Sequence record: MN871449.1
Direction: 5' to 3' (one strand)
Length of the DNA stretch: 64,000 bases
Shown: piece by piece, positions 9,479 to 19,099 of the stretch
Layout of the letters: every line of letters begins with the position of its first letter
Numbering within the stretch: position 1 is the first letter of the stretch
Notes under the pieces: generated by a model
What the model was told of the DNA's origin: nothing
The model's database searches: none
What the model saw: only the letters and a program-made list of their open reading frames with translations
Made by a program: the position numbers and the translations under genes

Positions 9479-10834
9479 ATGACAGTAAGTACGGCAGCTT
9501 TGAAATACCCGCTTGATCGGACAGGCGCCGCAGCGAGTAATAAAATTATCAACGAGGCACGTACGGTAGGGCGCGAAGTTTATCGCGCCATTGCGCCTTA
9601 CGCTGGCGCATTCTTTACCAAGAGCATGGTTGTGGTCGATCAGGCCACGGGCGCAGTGTTGACCCTGAATACCGATTATAAAATCCTTTATCCGTACCAA
9701 GAAGCGGAATTGGAAATCGGTAAACCTATTTGTACGATCGTACAAATTCTCAACGCTAACGTGACCGCAGTCTATCTGACTTACCAATGTGTAGGGGGTC
9801 CCTACACCACTGCCCGCGATGTCCTTGTTCAGTTGATCTCTGATCTACAGCAGGACAACCGTGCGGTGACGTGGGACGCCATTCTCGGTAAACCGATTGA
9901 GTTTAACCCGTCTAAACACCTTCACTCCGCGACTGACCTTTACGGTCTTGAGTACGTGGTGTTGGCCTTAGAAGAATTGGTTCAGGCGGCCTATACCGGT
10001 GACGTTTCTTCGCATGATGTTCTTTACAACTACATCGACCGTATCAAAGCGTACCTCGACGATAATCTCGATGCCCTGCACCAGACCGATACAGATCTTT
10101 ACGCAGAAATTGAGCGTTTAGATAATCGGATTGACGGGGTGATTAACAGCATCAATGGTGTTCAAACGAATTTGACCACGCATATCGACGATGTTAGCAA
10201 TCCCCATAAAGTTACCAAGGCACAAGTGGGGCTGGGGGCAGTTGAGAACTATCGTCCCGCGACGCAGGATGAGGCGGAAGCTGGCACAGCACTGAACGTG
10301 ATTATGACCCCTTTACGCGGGATCCAGCAGATCACTAAGTACATTGCGACCAACGTCACTCCAACCATAACGAGCCACGTACAAAACACCAGTAACCCGC
10401 ATAACACCACTGCCGCCCAAGTCGGGTTAGGTAACGTGACGAATAATGCGCAGGTAATTCGTGGTGGCGGCACGAACATGTTAACCAACACAATTCGTAT
10501 TGGGTGGGACGGCACGCAAATTTTAGCGCAGGTTGACAACACCTCAATGGGTCGCGTACACACCACGAATCAACCGGATCCGAATATTGCCTCGCACGCG
10601 AATAATAAGTCTAACCCTCACAGCGTTACTAAAGCGCAAGTGGGTTTAGGAAGTGTCCCGAACTGGCGAGAAGCTACCGATCAGGAAAACTATGATGGTA
10701 ACGCCGGGAGCGTCTTCGCCACGCCGTACAGTATTCGACGTTACACAGATGGTTACCGTACGTTCTCTTACAGCACCCCGCCTGGTAGTACATCGGGATA
10801 TCGTGAAGGCCACATCTGGTATAAACTTTTCTAA
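9479..10834 (+). CDS. Tail fibre protein, paralog of the upstream gene
   Basis: Three NPHxVTKAQVGLGxV repeats and an N-terminal layout similar to 7235..9466. Confidence 0.8.
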   Translation: MTVSTAALKYPLDRTGAAASNKIINEARTVGREVYRAIAPYAGAFFTKSMVVVDQATGAVLTLNTDYKILYPYQEAELEIGKPICTIVQILNANVTAVYLTYQCVGGPYTTARDVLVQLISDLQQDNRAVTWDAILGKPIEFNPSKHLHSATDLYGLEYVVLALEELVQAAYTGDVSSHDVLYNYIDRIKAYLDDNLDALHQTDTDLYAEIERLDNRIDGVINSINGVQTNLTTHIDDVSNPHKVTKAQVGLGAVENYRPATQDEAEAGTALNVIMTPLRGIQQITKYIATNVTPTITSHVQNTSNPHNTTAAQVGLGNVTNNAQVIRGGGTNMLTNTIRIGWDGTQILAQVDNTSMGRVHTTNQPDPNIASHANNKSNPHSVTKAQVGLGSVPNWREATDQENYDGNAGSVFATPYSIRRYTDGYRTFSYSTPPGSTSGYREGHIWYKLF

Positions 10835-10847
10835 GGGGGTAGAGTAA

Positions 10848-11378
10848 ATGCGTAGTTACCCTAGATTAGTCAATGGTGGCGGCTGGCGTGGTGTTGATCT
10901 TCCGTGGATCGTTAACGGCGGAAGTTGGCATCGTGTTGATAATGCCTGGGTAGTTAATGGTGGCGTGTGGCAACCGCTGTGGGATAAGATTGATCTTCCG
11001 CAGAGTTTCTGGAACAGCACGCACGAAGGTGGACGAAGCGGTTCTATCGGCGGGGTTCTTTGGGGTAACTCGGTTTACTCCACGTATTGGGATCTCCCGA
11101 CAGCGAAACGAGTCGTGGGCGTGGTCATCGATATTACCCTCGACGGTAACCAGGGTGGTTGGCATGGTTCCGGTGGTAAGTACGGTGCGAACCAAACTCG
11201 GCCGGGTGATTGGTCCTGGGATGCCCCGTCGGGTTCCGGGGTAAAACGTTCCCCTGTTTTACCGTGTTCATTCGCGGCCGGTGAAAGAATCACAGTCTGG
11301 GCATACGGCGGTGGATCTGACAAAGGTGACGGAAAGAACTTGCGTAACATTACATTAGTGGATGTGATTTACGGTTGA
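10848..11378 (+). CDS. Small Gly/Trp-rich tail fibre tip or adhesin-like protein
   Basis: Three N-terminal VNGGxW repeats followed by a Gly/Trp-rich domain. It follows the fibre genes directly. Confidence 0.55.
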   Translation: MRSYPRLVNGGGWRGVDLPWIVNGGSWHRVDNAWVVNGGVWQPLWDKIDLPQSFWNSTHEGGRSGSIGGVLWGNSVYSTYWDLPTAKRVVGVVIDITLDGNQGGWHGSGGKYGANQTRPGDWSWDAPSGSGVKRSPVLPCSFAAGERITVWAYGGGSDKGDGKNLRNITLVDVIYG

Positions 11379-11384
11379 CATCAC

Positions 11385-11412
11385 AGACTGGAGGACTTTC
11401 GTCCTCCAGTCT
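11385..11412. terminator. Bidirectional terminator hairpin
   Basis: AGACTGGAGGAC-TTTC-GTCCTCCAGTCT between convergent genes. Confidence 0.8.
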
Positions 11413-11416
11413 CCTT

Positions 11417-12406
11417 TTATGCTGTTGGTACCGGTGCTCCCGATTCGTCGTTACCTCTTTCCACGCCTTTGTGCGGGTGTTTAACCAGACTCACGCCCGC
11501 GGCAATAACGTCCACAGTGGTGGTCACAGTACCTTTCAACGTTGCATCGTAGTTACTGTCTGTCGTTTCTTGACTGATCGGTCCGTTTAATTGGATAGCG
11601 CCGTTCAAGGCAATAATCGGCGCAGTTGTATCAAACCGCTCCCCGGCAGTCAACGCGATCCTTTTTCCTGCCTCTACTTCCAAATTCTCCGTCGCCTCAA
11701 TCAGAATATTTTCCGCTTGCATGATGATTTTTTCTTTACCAACCAGAATCAAATCCTCTAAGCAAAAGACGCCAATTTTCTTGTCACTCATCTCCACCAT
11801 TGATCCTGAGCTGTTTCGGGTACGAATAAGCTTCTCTTTAGTCTCAAGATAAAACTCATTCCCTTCATCGTCGCCAAGGCTAATCGCACCTCCTGCCCCA
11901 TTCAAAGTGATATGGTACTTACTGATCTCGCCATTGGCTTTTGAGGTGGTGATATTGATCGCGCCGGTATGACCGGAGATTTCAATCATGTAATGGGTGT
12001 CAGGACTAGGGATACCCGCTTCTCGATTCGCAGAGACCAACAGCCGTTTGGTTTCGAGTCGTCTGGCAACCGCACCGTCACCGCGTTCACGCCAGTAGTA
12101 GGTATTCATGTCTGCGTAACGAATCAGTTCTACTACCTCGCCACGCTGAACATCAGGGGCAGTACTCCAACTGCTGTCCACTGGTCGCCACTGAGCTTCG
12201 ATCGCGGTGTCGGTCACCGCAGTAGCTTCAATCTTTTTCCCCGAAGCATCGACGCTCTCAACAGTAAGTTTCTGTAACTGGCTTTGTACGTCCCCTTGCA
12301 TCCACGGTGTCTTCTGGTGAGCCCAGACTAAAATGTTGTTTTGTCCTAGGGGTTTATTCTCGGCAACGATGCCAAACGTCCTCTCGACGATATCGTGGTT
12401 GTTCAT
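11417..12406 (-). CDS. Baseplate central spike (gpV / phiKZ gp164-like)
   Basis: OB-like N-terminus (APDVQRGEVV), beta-helix repeats and a C-terminal HxH metal-binding apex (LVKHPHKGVERG). It sits next to SbcC, as in phiKZ. Confidence 0.8.
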   Translation of the reverse strand: MNNHDIVERTFGIVAENKPLGQNNILVWAHQKTPWMQGDVQSQLQKLTVESVDASGKKIEATAVTDTAIEAQWRPVDSSWSTAPDVQRGEVVELIRYADMNTYYWRERGDGAVARRLETKRLLVSANREAGIPSPDTHYMIEISGHTGAINITTSKANGEISKYHITLNGAGGAISLGDDEGNEFYLETKEKLIRTRNSSGSMVEMSDKKIGVFCLEDLILVGKEKIIMQAENILIEATENLEVEAGKRIALTAGERFDTTAPIIALNGAIQLNGPISQETTDSNYDATLKGTVTTTVDVIAAGVSLVKHPHKGVERGNDESGAPVPTA

Positions 12407-12477
12407 TAAGTCCCCTTATTATTTTTCACTTTTCCGGCTATTGTAATAGAGTCCACTTTTTGTTACGGTACGAATAA

Positions 12478-14949
12478 ATGATCAAAGTGATTGAAACCGA
12501 AATTTCTCATAACAAGCGCCTGCGATCCGGGTTGATTGAGCGTATCCTTTACAAACCAAAAAGTCCTTATCAAATTATCATCGGCCCCAACGGTTTTGGG
12601 AAATCTGCACTCTTGGACGAAATCACGGCTTTCCCTTCTGCGTCTAACATGTTCGATAAAAATGGTTTCTCTCGCCTTTTGTTAGAAACTGATCACGGGT
12701 TAATTGAAACGAAAACCATTGTCGGCAGTGATGTTAAACACGAGTTTTGGTTGAACGGGGAAAACCTGAACGATGGCGGAACTTCTACCGTTCAAAAAGA
12801 TCTGGTGCAGAAATATCTGGCGGTTGATAAACTCTCCGCGATGATCCAGGCAGGACAGTTCTCATTCTCTGGTGCCGGTGCGGCAAAACGTCAGGAAGTA
12901 TTAACTGCCTTGGCCGATTCCGATATGTCGTTCGCTAACTCATTATTCGGTAAAGCCAGAAAGAAACTGTCACACTCTATCGGTGCAGTTAATGCGCTGG
13001 AGGAGTCGTTAGCAGAAAAAGAAACCCAACGAATGTCTGACGACGAGAGAGCCACTCTTACCGCTCGTCTGACGGAATACCAAAGTATCGTTACTGAGGT
13101 ATTAAAGGATTACAATGAGGAGCAAAACCGCAGTCAAGACTCCGCCGGAATCCAGTACCAGTGGCAACAATTGCCCCAACAAATAAAAGAAACCTTAAAA
13201 CAATTACCAGATACCCCGTTAAACGCCACCAATCGCTCTCTGTGGCTTGAAAAGATCAATAAGCTAAAAGAGTATGTCTTTGGTTTAGAAACGCGTAAGA
13301 AGGCATTACAGGAAGAATATGACGAACTGGAACTGATACTAAAACGGAATGCTGACGCCAGTGAAGAAAACTTAGCACGGTTGCGTAACGAAGTGAATCA
13401 TTGGGATCGGCAGTTTCAACAGGCATCACTGGAGAAACTTTACGCCCCAGAAATGGTCATCGAAGAGACCACTCTGGAAATGGCGTTAGAGCAACTCGCC
13501 ATGATCTTCCCGGAGTGGTCAAAAACCCTGACGGAAATTCAACCTGACCCAGAAGGACGGTTTACTCGACAAGGCTACGAAATACTCTTGAATAACCGCC
13601 AACGTTTCCAGGAGCATTACAATAGCCTCTCTGCTAAGTACGCGCAAACGTTAGAGCAGATTGACCACATCAACCAAGGGAAAGAAGTTCAGTGTCCACA
13701 ATGTCGTTTTCAGTTTATCCCTGGAGTGTCTTCGGACTCTCGTCCGCGGTTAACTAAGCAGGCAGAGGAACTCAAGGAGAGCATGATACAGGGTGAAAAG
13801 GCCATTGCCGAAAACCAACGGAACATTGAAGAGGTTGAACAGTGGTTGTCCCAGTACCGTAATTTGATAGGACTGCGGAACCAAGCCCCTGCCGCCAAAG
13901 GTCTTTTTGCTCAATTGGATAAACAAGTCACGTTAAAAGACGAACCGTTACGAGCCGTCCAGGTGATGTTGTTACTCAAAGAAGACCTGGAAAAACACCT
14001 TGAGGTATATCGGGCAAAAAATAAATTACGAGAAGCGCAATTAGTGCTTTCGCAATTACAAGAGAACGTCGTCACCGGGATTGATGGAGTCAGAGTACGT
14101 TTCGTCAAAGTCAAAGAGACGCTGGAGGACATCTATAGCGAATTAGCGCGTTCTAAAGAGGAAGGAAAACTCTACGAAAGAGGGTTGAATCTGGCTGACC
14201 AATATACCAACGCTGTCGAGGCAGTCACGGGTAACTACGAAAAACTGGTCAAGGATACTGTCAGTGGTATTCAATACTTGTTCAACGAAACCCGTTTACT
14301 GCTCATTCAGGACTTACAGGGTCATATTGGCACATTGACCAAAACCCTTAATGATGCCAAGACACTGGAAGACCAGATTAACGATACCCGGAAACAACTG
14401 GAGAAACAAAAAGAGAAAGTGGATTGTTACCGTCTGTTGGTTGGGACACTGTCACCAAAGTCAGGGGCAGTGGCCGAGCAGATGAACGAATTTATCAAAG
14501 TCTTTATCGGTCAGGTCAACGAAGTCATTGCGGATATCTGGACGCATTCGATGGAACTGTTAATTGGGAAGCCAAACGACAGTGATCTGTCGTACGAGTT
14601 CCCGTTACGTCTCCATGACTCCGACGATTACATTGTACCGGATATGCGGACTGGGTCAGACGGTCAACAGAAGATCATTGATTTCGCGTTTCAGATCACA
14701 GCGATGCTCTACCTGAACCTGAACAATGTCCCACTCTGTTTAGACGAAGTCGACCGCCCTCTTTCGCCTGAGCACAAAGCGAGACTGATGCAGTTCATTA
14801 CACGCGGTGTTGAGAACGGGCGATTCTCACAGGTGTTCTTGATTTCGCATCACGCAGTATCGCATGGCGCTTTGCCTTTCTCGGACATCATTGACTTTGA
14901 TTTCCGTCACCCTAAAGACGGTGTCAACACCGTGGCTGAATTTTACTGA
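12478..14949 (+). CDS. sbcC: SbcC/Rad50-like SMC ATPase
   Basis: Walker A GPNGFGKS, coiled coil with central CPQC zinc hook, signature GSDGQ and Walker B LCLDEVD. Confidence 0.9.
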   Translation: MIKVIETEISHNKRLRSGLIERILYKPKSPYQIIIGPNGFGKSALLDEITAFPSASNMFDKNGFSRLLLETDHGLIETKTIVGSDVKHEFWLNGENLNDGGTSTVQKDLVQKYLAVDKLSAMIQAGQFSFSGAGAAKRQEVLTALADSDMSFANSLFGKARKKLSHSIGAVNALEESLAEKETQRMSDDERATLTARLTEYQSIVTEVLKDYNEEQNRSQDSAGIQYQWQQLPQQIKETLKQLPDTPLNATNRSLWLEKINKLKEYVFGLETRKKALQEEYDELELILKRNADASEENLARLRNEVNHWDRQFQQASLEKLYAPEMVIEETTLEMALEQLAMIFPEWSKTLTEIQPDPEGRFTRQGYEILLNNRQRFQEHYNSLSAKYAQTLEQIDHINQGKEVQCPQCRFQFIPGVSSDSRPRLTKQAEELKESMIQGEKAIAENQRNIEEVEQWLSQYRNLIGLRNQAPAAKGLFAQLDKQVTLKDEPLRAVQVMLLLKEDLEKHLEVYRAKNKLREAQLVLSQLQENVVTGIDGVRVRFVKVKETLEDIYSELARSKEEGKLYERGLNLADQYTNAVEAVTGNYEKLVKDTVSGIQYLFNETRLLLIQDLQGHIGTLTKTLNDAKTLEDQINDTRKQLEKQKEKVDCYRLLVGTLSPKSGAVAEQMNEFIKVFIGQVNEVIADIWTHSMELLIGKPNDSDLSYEFPLRLHDSDDYIVPDMRTGSDGQQKIIDFAFQITAMLYLNLNNVPLCLDEVDRPLSPEHKARLMQFITRGVENGRFSQVFLISHHAVSHGALPFSDIIDFDFRHPKDGVNTVAEFY

Positions 14950-14956
14950 ACATAAA

Positions 14957-14978
14957 CGGACTGGTCTTTTCCAGTCCG
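14957..14978 (+). terminator. Terminator-like hairpin
   Basis: CGGACTGG-TCTTTT-CCAGTCCG followed by CTTTATG. Confidence 0.7.
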
Positions 14979-14987
14979 CTTTATGCA

Positions 14988-15002
14988 TATATCACTCTAG
15001 TG
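14988..15002 (+). promoter_or_regulatory. Candidate early (vRNAP) promoter TATATCACTCTAGTG
   Basis: Near-identical copies occur at 26621 and 51186. It resembles the phiKZ early consensus TATATTAC. Confidence 0.55.
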
Positions 15003-15031
15003 TAATTACCCCAACTAAAGGAGTTGCAATC

Positions 15032-15673
15032 ATGCAAAACATTTCGAAAATGACAGACCGTTTAACCAGTTACGGGAAGCCGACACGTACCGGTGAAATT
15101 GCGATCCAACATCAGACCGTGTTCATTCGTACCGCAGCGTTAGGTGACGATGATCTGGTCGACAATAACTACTCGGGTTTTTCCGATGCCCGACTCACTG
15201 ACATCCTTCATTCTGCACCGTTCCAGGTAGCCGTCAACAACATCGCGCAATGTTTCGAAGACAACGTCGCCAATGTCGACGAGCAATTCTTCCCGGTCAT
15301 TGATTTCAATGCGGGTTACGAAAAGCTCCGTCAGACGGTCGTTAAAACGCTGCCTGAAATTTCAGATTTGCGCATTGAAATTCGCCAGGCGCAGGTCTTC
15401 TCTCAGAACGTCTATTATTTCGTGAAGAATAAAAAGGACGTAACCGAGTTTGAAGACCAGTTCCGTCAGATGTTGGCGGAAAACGATCTCCCGGCAGAAA
15501 CGGTCAATCTGATCTTTACCTGTCATACCTCGACCACACTCAGTCAGATGTATGAGGTCATGACGATCCTCAGCATTCTGCTGCGTGAGACCGCAAAAGA
15601 AGCCATGTTTGTACCGGGCCGGGTTATCGGTAACTTCAGTCAAATCACGCGAGATAACCGCTATGCGCTTTAA
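15032..15673 (+). CDS. Hypothetical protein
   Basis: AAGGAG SD before ATG 15032 (MQNISK...), 213 aa. Confidence 0.75.
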   Translation: MQNISKMTDRLTSYGKPTRTGEIAIQHQTVFIRTAALGDDDLVDNNYSGFSDARLTDILHSAPFQVAVNNIAQCFEDNVANVDEQFFPVIDFNAGYEKLRQTVVKTLPEISDLRIEIRQAQVFSQNVYYFVKNKKDVTEFEDQFRQMLAENDLPAETVNLIFTCHTSTTLSQMYEVMTILSILLRETAKEAMFVPGRVIGNFSQITRDNRYAL

Positions 15674-15986
15674 GGAATCTGAAGCCGGAGAAATCCTGCT
15701 GGCGTTAGAAAGAACGCGTGAAAGTCGCGCCGCTGAAAATCTACCTTATATCCAGGTCATTCGTGCGGAAGTCAGAGGTTACGACGAGACCGTTAAGACC
15801 TTAGCGGCGAAGAAAGTCGTTAAGTTCCTGGGGTATACGCCGATGATTATCCCAGAGCTCGTCAACCTCACGGAGAAGCTCGAACAGCCTAATCCCTTCC
15901 CAATCTACATTGGGAACGAAACGCTCTTTGAGAGCGATCTGAATACGGTTATAGGCGATTCCCCTGACGAGAACCAAAGAGGTTAA
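15663..15986 (+). CDS. Hypothetical protein
   Basis: MRFKESEAG..., 107 aa, with a short overlap with the upstream stop. Confidence 0.65.
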   Translation: MRFKESEAGEILLALERTRESRAAENLPYIQVIRAEVRGYDETVKTLAAKKVVKFLGYTPMIIPELVNLTEKLEQPNPFPIYIGNETLFESDLNTVIGDSPDENQRG

Positions 15987-15987
15987 C

Positions 15988-16227
15988 ATGGACTACTTTG
16001 AATTAATGAGGAAGCGCAGAGAGCTGAAACGTCAACTCGTTGAATTGAAGGCGAACCGAAAGCCGGAAGAGATCATCAAGTTGAAGAGAGAGTCTCTCGT
16101 CTTAGCGGATAACGGCTATAAGGTTGTCGTACGTGAAGTCGAGACAACCGTGAAAGAAGAACAACTCTTAGCGGAAATCACTCGTCTGAAAATGCTGATG
16201 AATCAGCCGTTACTATCGCAGGCTTAA
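15988..16227 (+). CDS. Small coiled-coil hypothetical protein
   Basis: GAGG SD, 79 aa, rich in charged helical residues. Confidence 0.7.
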   Translation: MDYFELMRKRRELKRQLVELKANRKPEEIIKLKRESLVLADNGYKVVVREVETTVKEEQLLAEITRLKMLMNQPLLSQA

Positions 16228-16326
16228 TTATCCCCTCCGTCAATTTCAAGTTTTAAACCGCTCGGTTATCTTTTGAACAAACCATAACACACATGTGACT
16301 ATTAACACGTATACAGGAAACTGAAC

Positions 16327-16581
16327 ATGAAAGTAACTCTGAACGAAACTACCGCTGAAAAGATCAATGCGCTGACCACCGATACCGTCTCTGCTGAAAC
16401 GGTCATTGACATGGCAGTCGATTCGCTGACCTGGGTTAAGTCTTCACTTGACCAGGGTAAAAGCGTCATGGCTGCAAAAGCCTCTGACGACGGTTGGGTA
16501 GAAGAAGAGTTCTACCCGGCAACCGAAGTGCTGAACGAACTCTATCGCCCGTCCACCGACGAAGCGCCTGACGCAGAGTAA
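16327..16581 (+). CDS. Small protein, possibly a ribbon-helix-helix DNA-binding protein
   Basis: Strand MKVTLN, helix ETTAEKINAL, helix AETVIDMAVDSL and tail GKSV...DDGWVEEEF. Confidence 0.5.
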   Translation: MKVTLNETTAEKINALTTDTVSAETVIDMAVDSLTWVKSSLDQGKSVMAAKASDDGWVEEEFYPATEVLNELYRPSTDEAPDAE

Positions 16582-16603
16582 TTCTGCGTATTAGGAACAT
16601 AAG

Positions 16604-16633
16604 CTCTCTCCTCCGCTTCTGCGGAGGAGAGAG
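16604..16633. terminator. Bidirectional terminator hairpin
   Basis: CTCTCTCCTCCGC-TTCT-GCGGAGGAGAGAG between convergent genes. Confidence 0.85.
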
Positions 16634-16651
16634 TCTCTATGCTTCTTTTTT

Positions 16652-17251
16652 TTATTTTGCTGCCAATAACGCCTGAATCTTGATACGTAACTCAGCGTTC
16701 TCTTTTTGTAGCGCCAAGTTCTGCGCGTAGGTCGACGTGCGATTGGTGATAGCTGACAGTCTCGCTGCTTCGATCGCGTCTGCCTCTTCCGTACTGATCG
16801 CTTCAATTGTGGCCAGTTGATCTACGTAGATCTCAGGAACAACGCCGATCGTGTCAGAGATCAAGTTGCCCATCTGTTCTTTCAAGAACGAGTAATCGAG
16901 GTCTAAACGCATCGGACCCAAAGACGCAGAGAGGATCACCTGCCCCCAGTTCGACATCCCGATCCCCGGGAAAGTTTCAATGTAGGTATCGGGAACCGTA
17001 ATGACACTACCAGAGGACGAATACAGTACACACATCGCCGCGCCAGCAGACAGGTCTGCGTTATAGTCAGACTCCGTGAGGCCCTTAGGAGAATAGTAGA
17101 CGTTAAAGATATCAATCCCTTCCGCTACCATCTCGGTAAAGAAACGAATAGCGGTACATTGATAAATTAACGACTGGCTGGCGGTCCACGGTTGTATTAA
17201 TGACCATTTCCCTTTCAACCCTAAGGCAGGGGTGTTACGTGTCTTAGCCAT
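16652..17251 (-). CDS. Conserved phiKZ-like virion structural protein
   Basis: 199-aa ORF (P.LGLKGKWSL..PW, IETFP) next to another structural gene. Confidence 0.55.
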   Translation of the reverse strand: MAKTRNTPALGLKGKWSLIQPWTASQSLIYQCTAIRFFTEMVAEGIDIFNVYYSPKGLTESDYNADLSAGAAMCVLYSSSGSVITVPDTYIETFPGIGMSNWGQVILSASLGPMRLDLDYSFLKEQMGNLISDTIGVVPEIYVDQLATIEAISTEEADAIEAARLSAITNRTSTYAQNLALQKENAELRIKIQALLAAK

Positions 17252-17256
17252 TCGTT

Positions 17257-18558
17257 TTAATCCTTACTGAAACCGTTTTTCACCGGAACCAGATACTGAA
17301 CGGTATTGACCGTCATGGTGATGTAAACCACCCCGTTACGCGTGGCACGAGTGTATCCTGTCGGCAGGATAGAAGTAGCCGTTGCCGTTTCTGCAATCTT
17401 CAGAAGCGCAATCAAGTTGATAATGAAGTTTCGGGTCGCTTCTGGAATCTTACCGAATTCAGAGCTGGTTGGTGCGATTGCTGCATAGCGCGGCCAGAGT
17501 TCGGAGAAGACGTAGGAAACGTTATAGTTCCTTACGTGACCACAAACCAAGAGCTGAAGGTTCTGATACGTGTTAAACGCAATTTCCCCAGCGTCAATGA
17601 CATGCTGTTGTTCATAGTCCGCCATGTACTTATCGGTATAAGTCAGGAAATCCTTATACGGTAACACCGGGGAATAGAGCGCGGTAGTATCCAGCTGATT
17701 AGGGAGAGAGATTCTGTCCCAAACCGGCACCACGTAATATTCAGTCGGTGTAAAGAGATCTGGTAATACAATCTCCCACGTGTCAGTACCTGCCGTGCTG
17801 TTCCCTAGGATATGTTCACGAATCGCGTTTTTGATGTAATCAAGGTTCTTACCGGCAGACCCGTAGATCACGACGTTGATCGGAATTTGCAACGTGACTT
17901 CGTCGTTATCTTTTGCCACCCACGTAAAGTAGCCGGTCCAGATATCCGTCTGCGGGTTCTGACCGATAGCGTTCGTGATGCGTGCGGTGTTACTCACCGG
18001 GGTAATAGCTTTGATCGCCGCCACCGCAGCGTCAGAATCACCAACCAACAGATCAATGTCATCAAACGGCATTACGACGCTAAGTTCATAAAGCGGATAT
18101 TCCACCAGGAAATTATCGATCGCGTACCAGACAAACAGTTCGTTCTCTTCCCCAGAGTTACTAAAGGACATTTGGAGACTAGAAGGAAAATTATATGATC
18201 CATTGTTGACAATTGCCCCAACTGATTTTACAGTGAGGTAATCCGAAAACTGCGCGTTCAGGTTCTGAAGTAGTGCGGCGGTGTCTGTGGTGATCAGACC
18301 ATTAATGCTTCGCTGATAGAGCCACTGTGAGACTTCCAGGATCTGCGTGTAGTAAGTCAACCCTAGATTACTTTTGGTACCGTCGCGGGTGACAGACAGC
18401 GTCTTTAAAATGACATCGGTGTAATCGGCAACAGAATATGTCCCTACGTCTGTGCTGTAGGTTTCACCGTGGGTGGTAAGTTCACCTACTTTTGCAGTCT
18501 GTCCCACTGCGTTATTGATAAAATTTTTAATAGTTACAAAACTATACACATTCAACAT
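17257..18558 (-). CDS. Conserved phiKZ-like virion structural protein
   Basis: 433-aa ORF with GGAG SD and the composition of a structural protein. Confidence 0.6.
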   Translation of the reverse strand: MLNVYSFVTIKNFINNAVGQTAKVGELTTHGETYSTDVGTYSVADYTDVILKTLSVTRDGTKSNLGLTYYTQILEVSQWLYQRSINGLITTDTAALLQNLNAQFSDYLTVKSVGAIVNNGSYNFPSSLQMSFSNSGEENELFVWYAIDNFLVEYPLYELSVVMPFDDIDLLVGDSDAAVAAIKAITPVSNTARITNAIGQNPQTDIWTGYFTWVAKDNDEVTLQIPINVVIYGSAGKNLDYIKNAIREHILGNSTAGTDTWEIVLPDLFTPTEYYVVPVWDRISLPNQLDTTALYSPVLPYKDFLTYTDKYMADYEQQHVIDAGEIAFNTYQNLQLLVCGHVRNYNVSYVFSELWPRYAAIAPTSSEFGKIPEATRNFIINLIALLKIAETATATSILPTGYTRATRNGVVYITMTVNTVQYLVPVKNGFSKD

Positions 18559-18617
18559 TGTTTCTACTCCATAATTATTATTAAACAGGAAAAGAACCTG
18601 TCAGCGGAGGTACCGCC

Positions 18618-19043
18618 GTGAATTACTTTTTCTTGCGTTTTTTACCGTACTTGTATTATTTCATACGGGAGCAATACCGTTTGGATAATACCAGAGAACC
18701 ACCCCCGAAAAGGAAGCGTTACTTCTATCGTACGATAATAACCATTTTAATTTTCACTCTTGGTTTGTCGTCAACGGTAGGTTATGTCAAATACCGTGAA
18801 TTATATCGTAATTATAATGCCGCGTTAAAACGTCTTTCCGATGCCAGTAATCAACCGGTATCAGGAATCAGCCGCGATCGTTATGAAGCCGATATTCATA
18901 CGTTGACCATGGAAAAATTTGGCTGGGAAAATGACGCCCGTCTGGAACTCTCTGAACTCCAGAGAATTTGTACCAAGACGCCCAGCGCGTGCGACGCCCA
19001 AAGCCATCACATCATTGAGGAATTTCAACGCCGTCACCCTTGA
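18618..19043 (+). CDS. Single-TM membrane protein
   Basis: GTG start after GGAGG. TM segment TIITILIFTLGLSSTVGY is followed by a coiled coil and a CxxxxxxC pair. Confidence 0.6.
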   Translation: MNYFFLRFLPYLYYFIREQYRLDNTREPPPKRKRYFYRTIITILIFTLGLSSTVGYVKYRELYRNYNAALKRLSDASNQPVSGISRDRYEADIHTLTMEKFGWENDARLELSELQRICTKTPSACDAQSHHIIEEFQRRHP

Positions 19044-19099
19044 TTTCTTACGCGACGCTTTATTCTTCTGAACATACTTTGAAACAGGAACTTCTGAAC

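Noticed and set aside
7235-11378. Diversity-generating retroelement acting on the tail fibres
   Set aside because: No reverse transcriptase and no template/variable repeat pair differing at adenines were seen.
11418-11421. TATG after the 11385 hairpin as an antisense start
   Set aside because: It overlaps the TAA stop of the spike gene on the minus strand (GCA TAA), so coding sequence explains it. It was excluded from the hairpin-TATG count.
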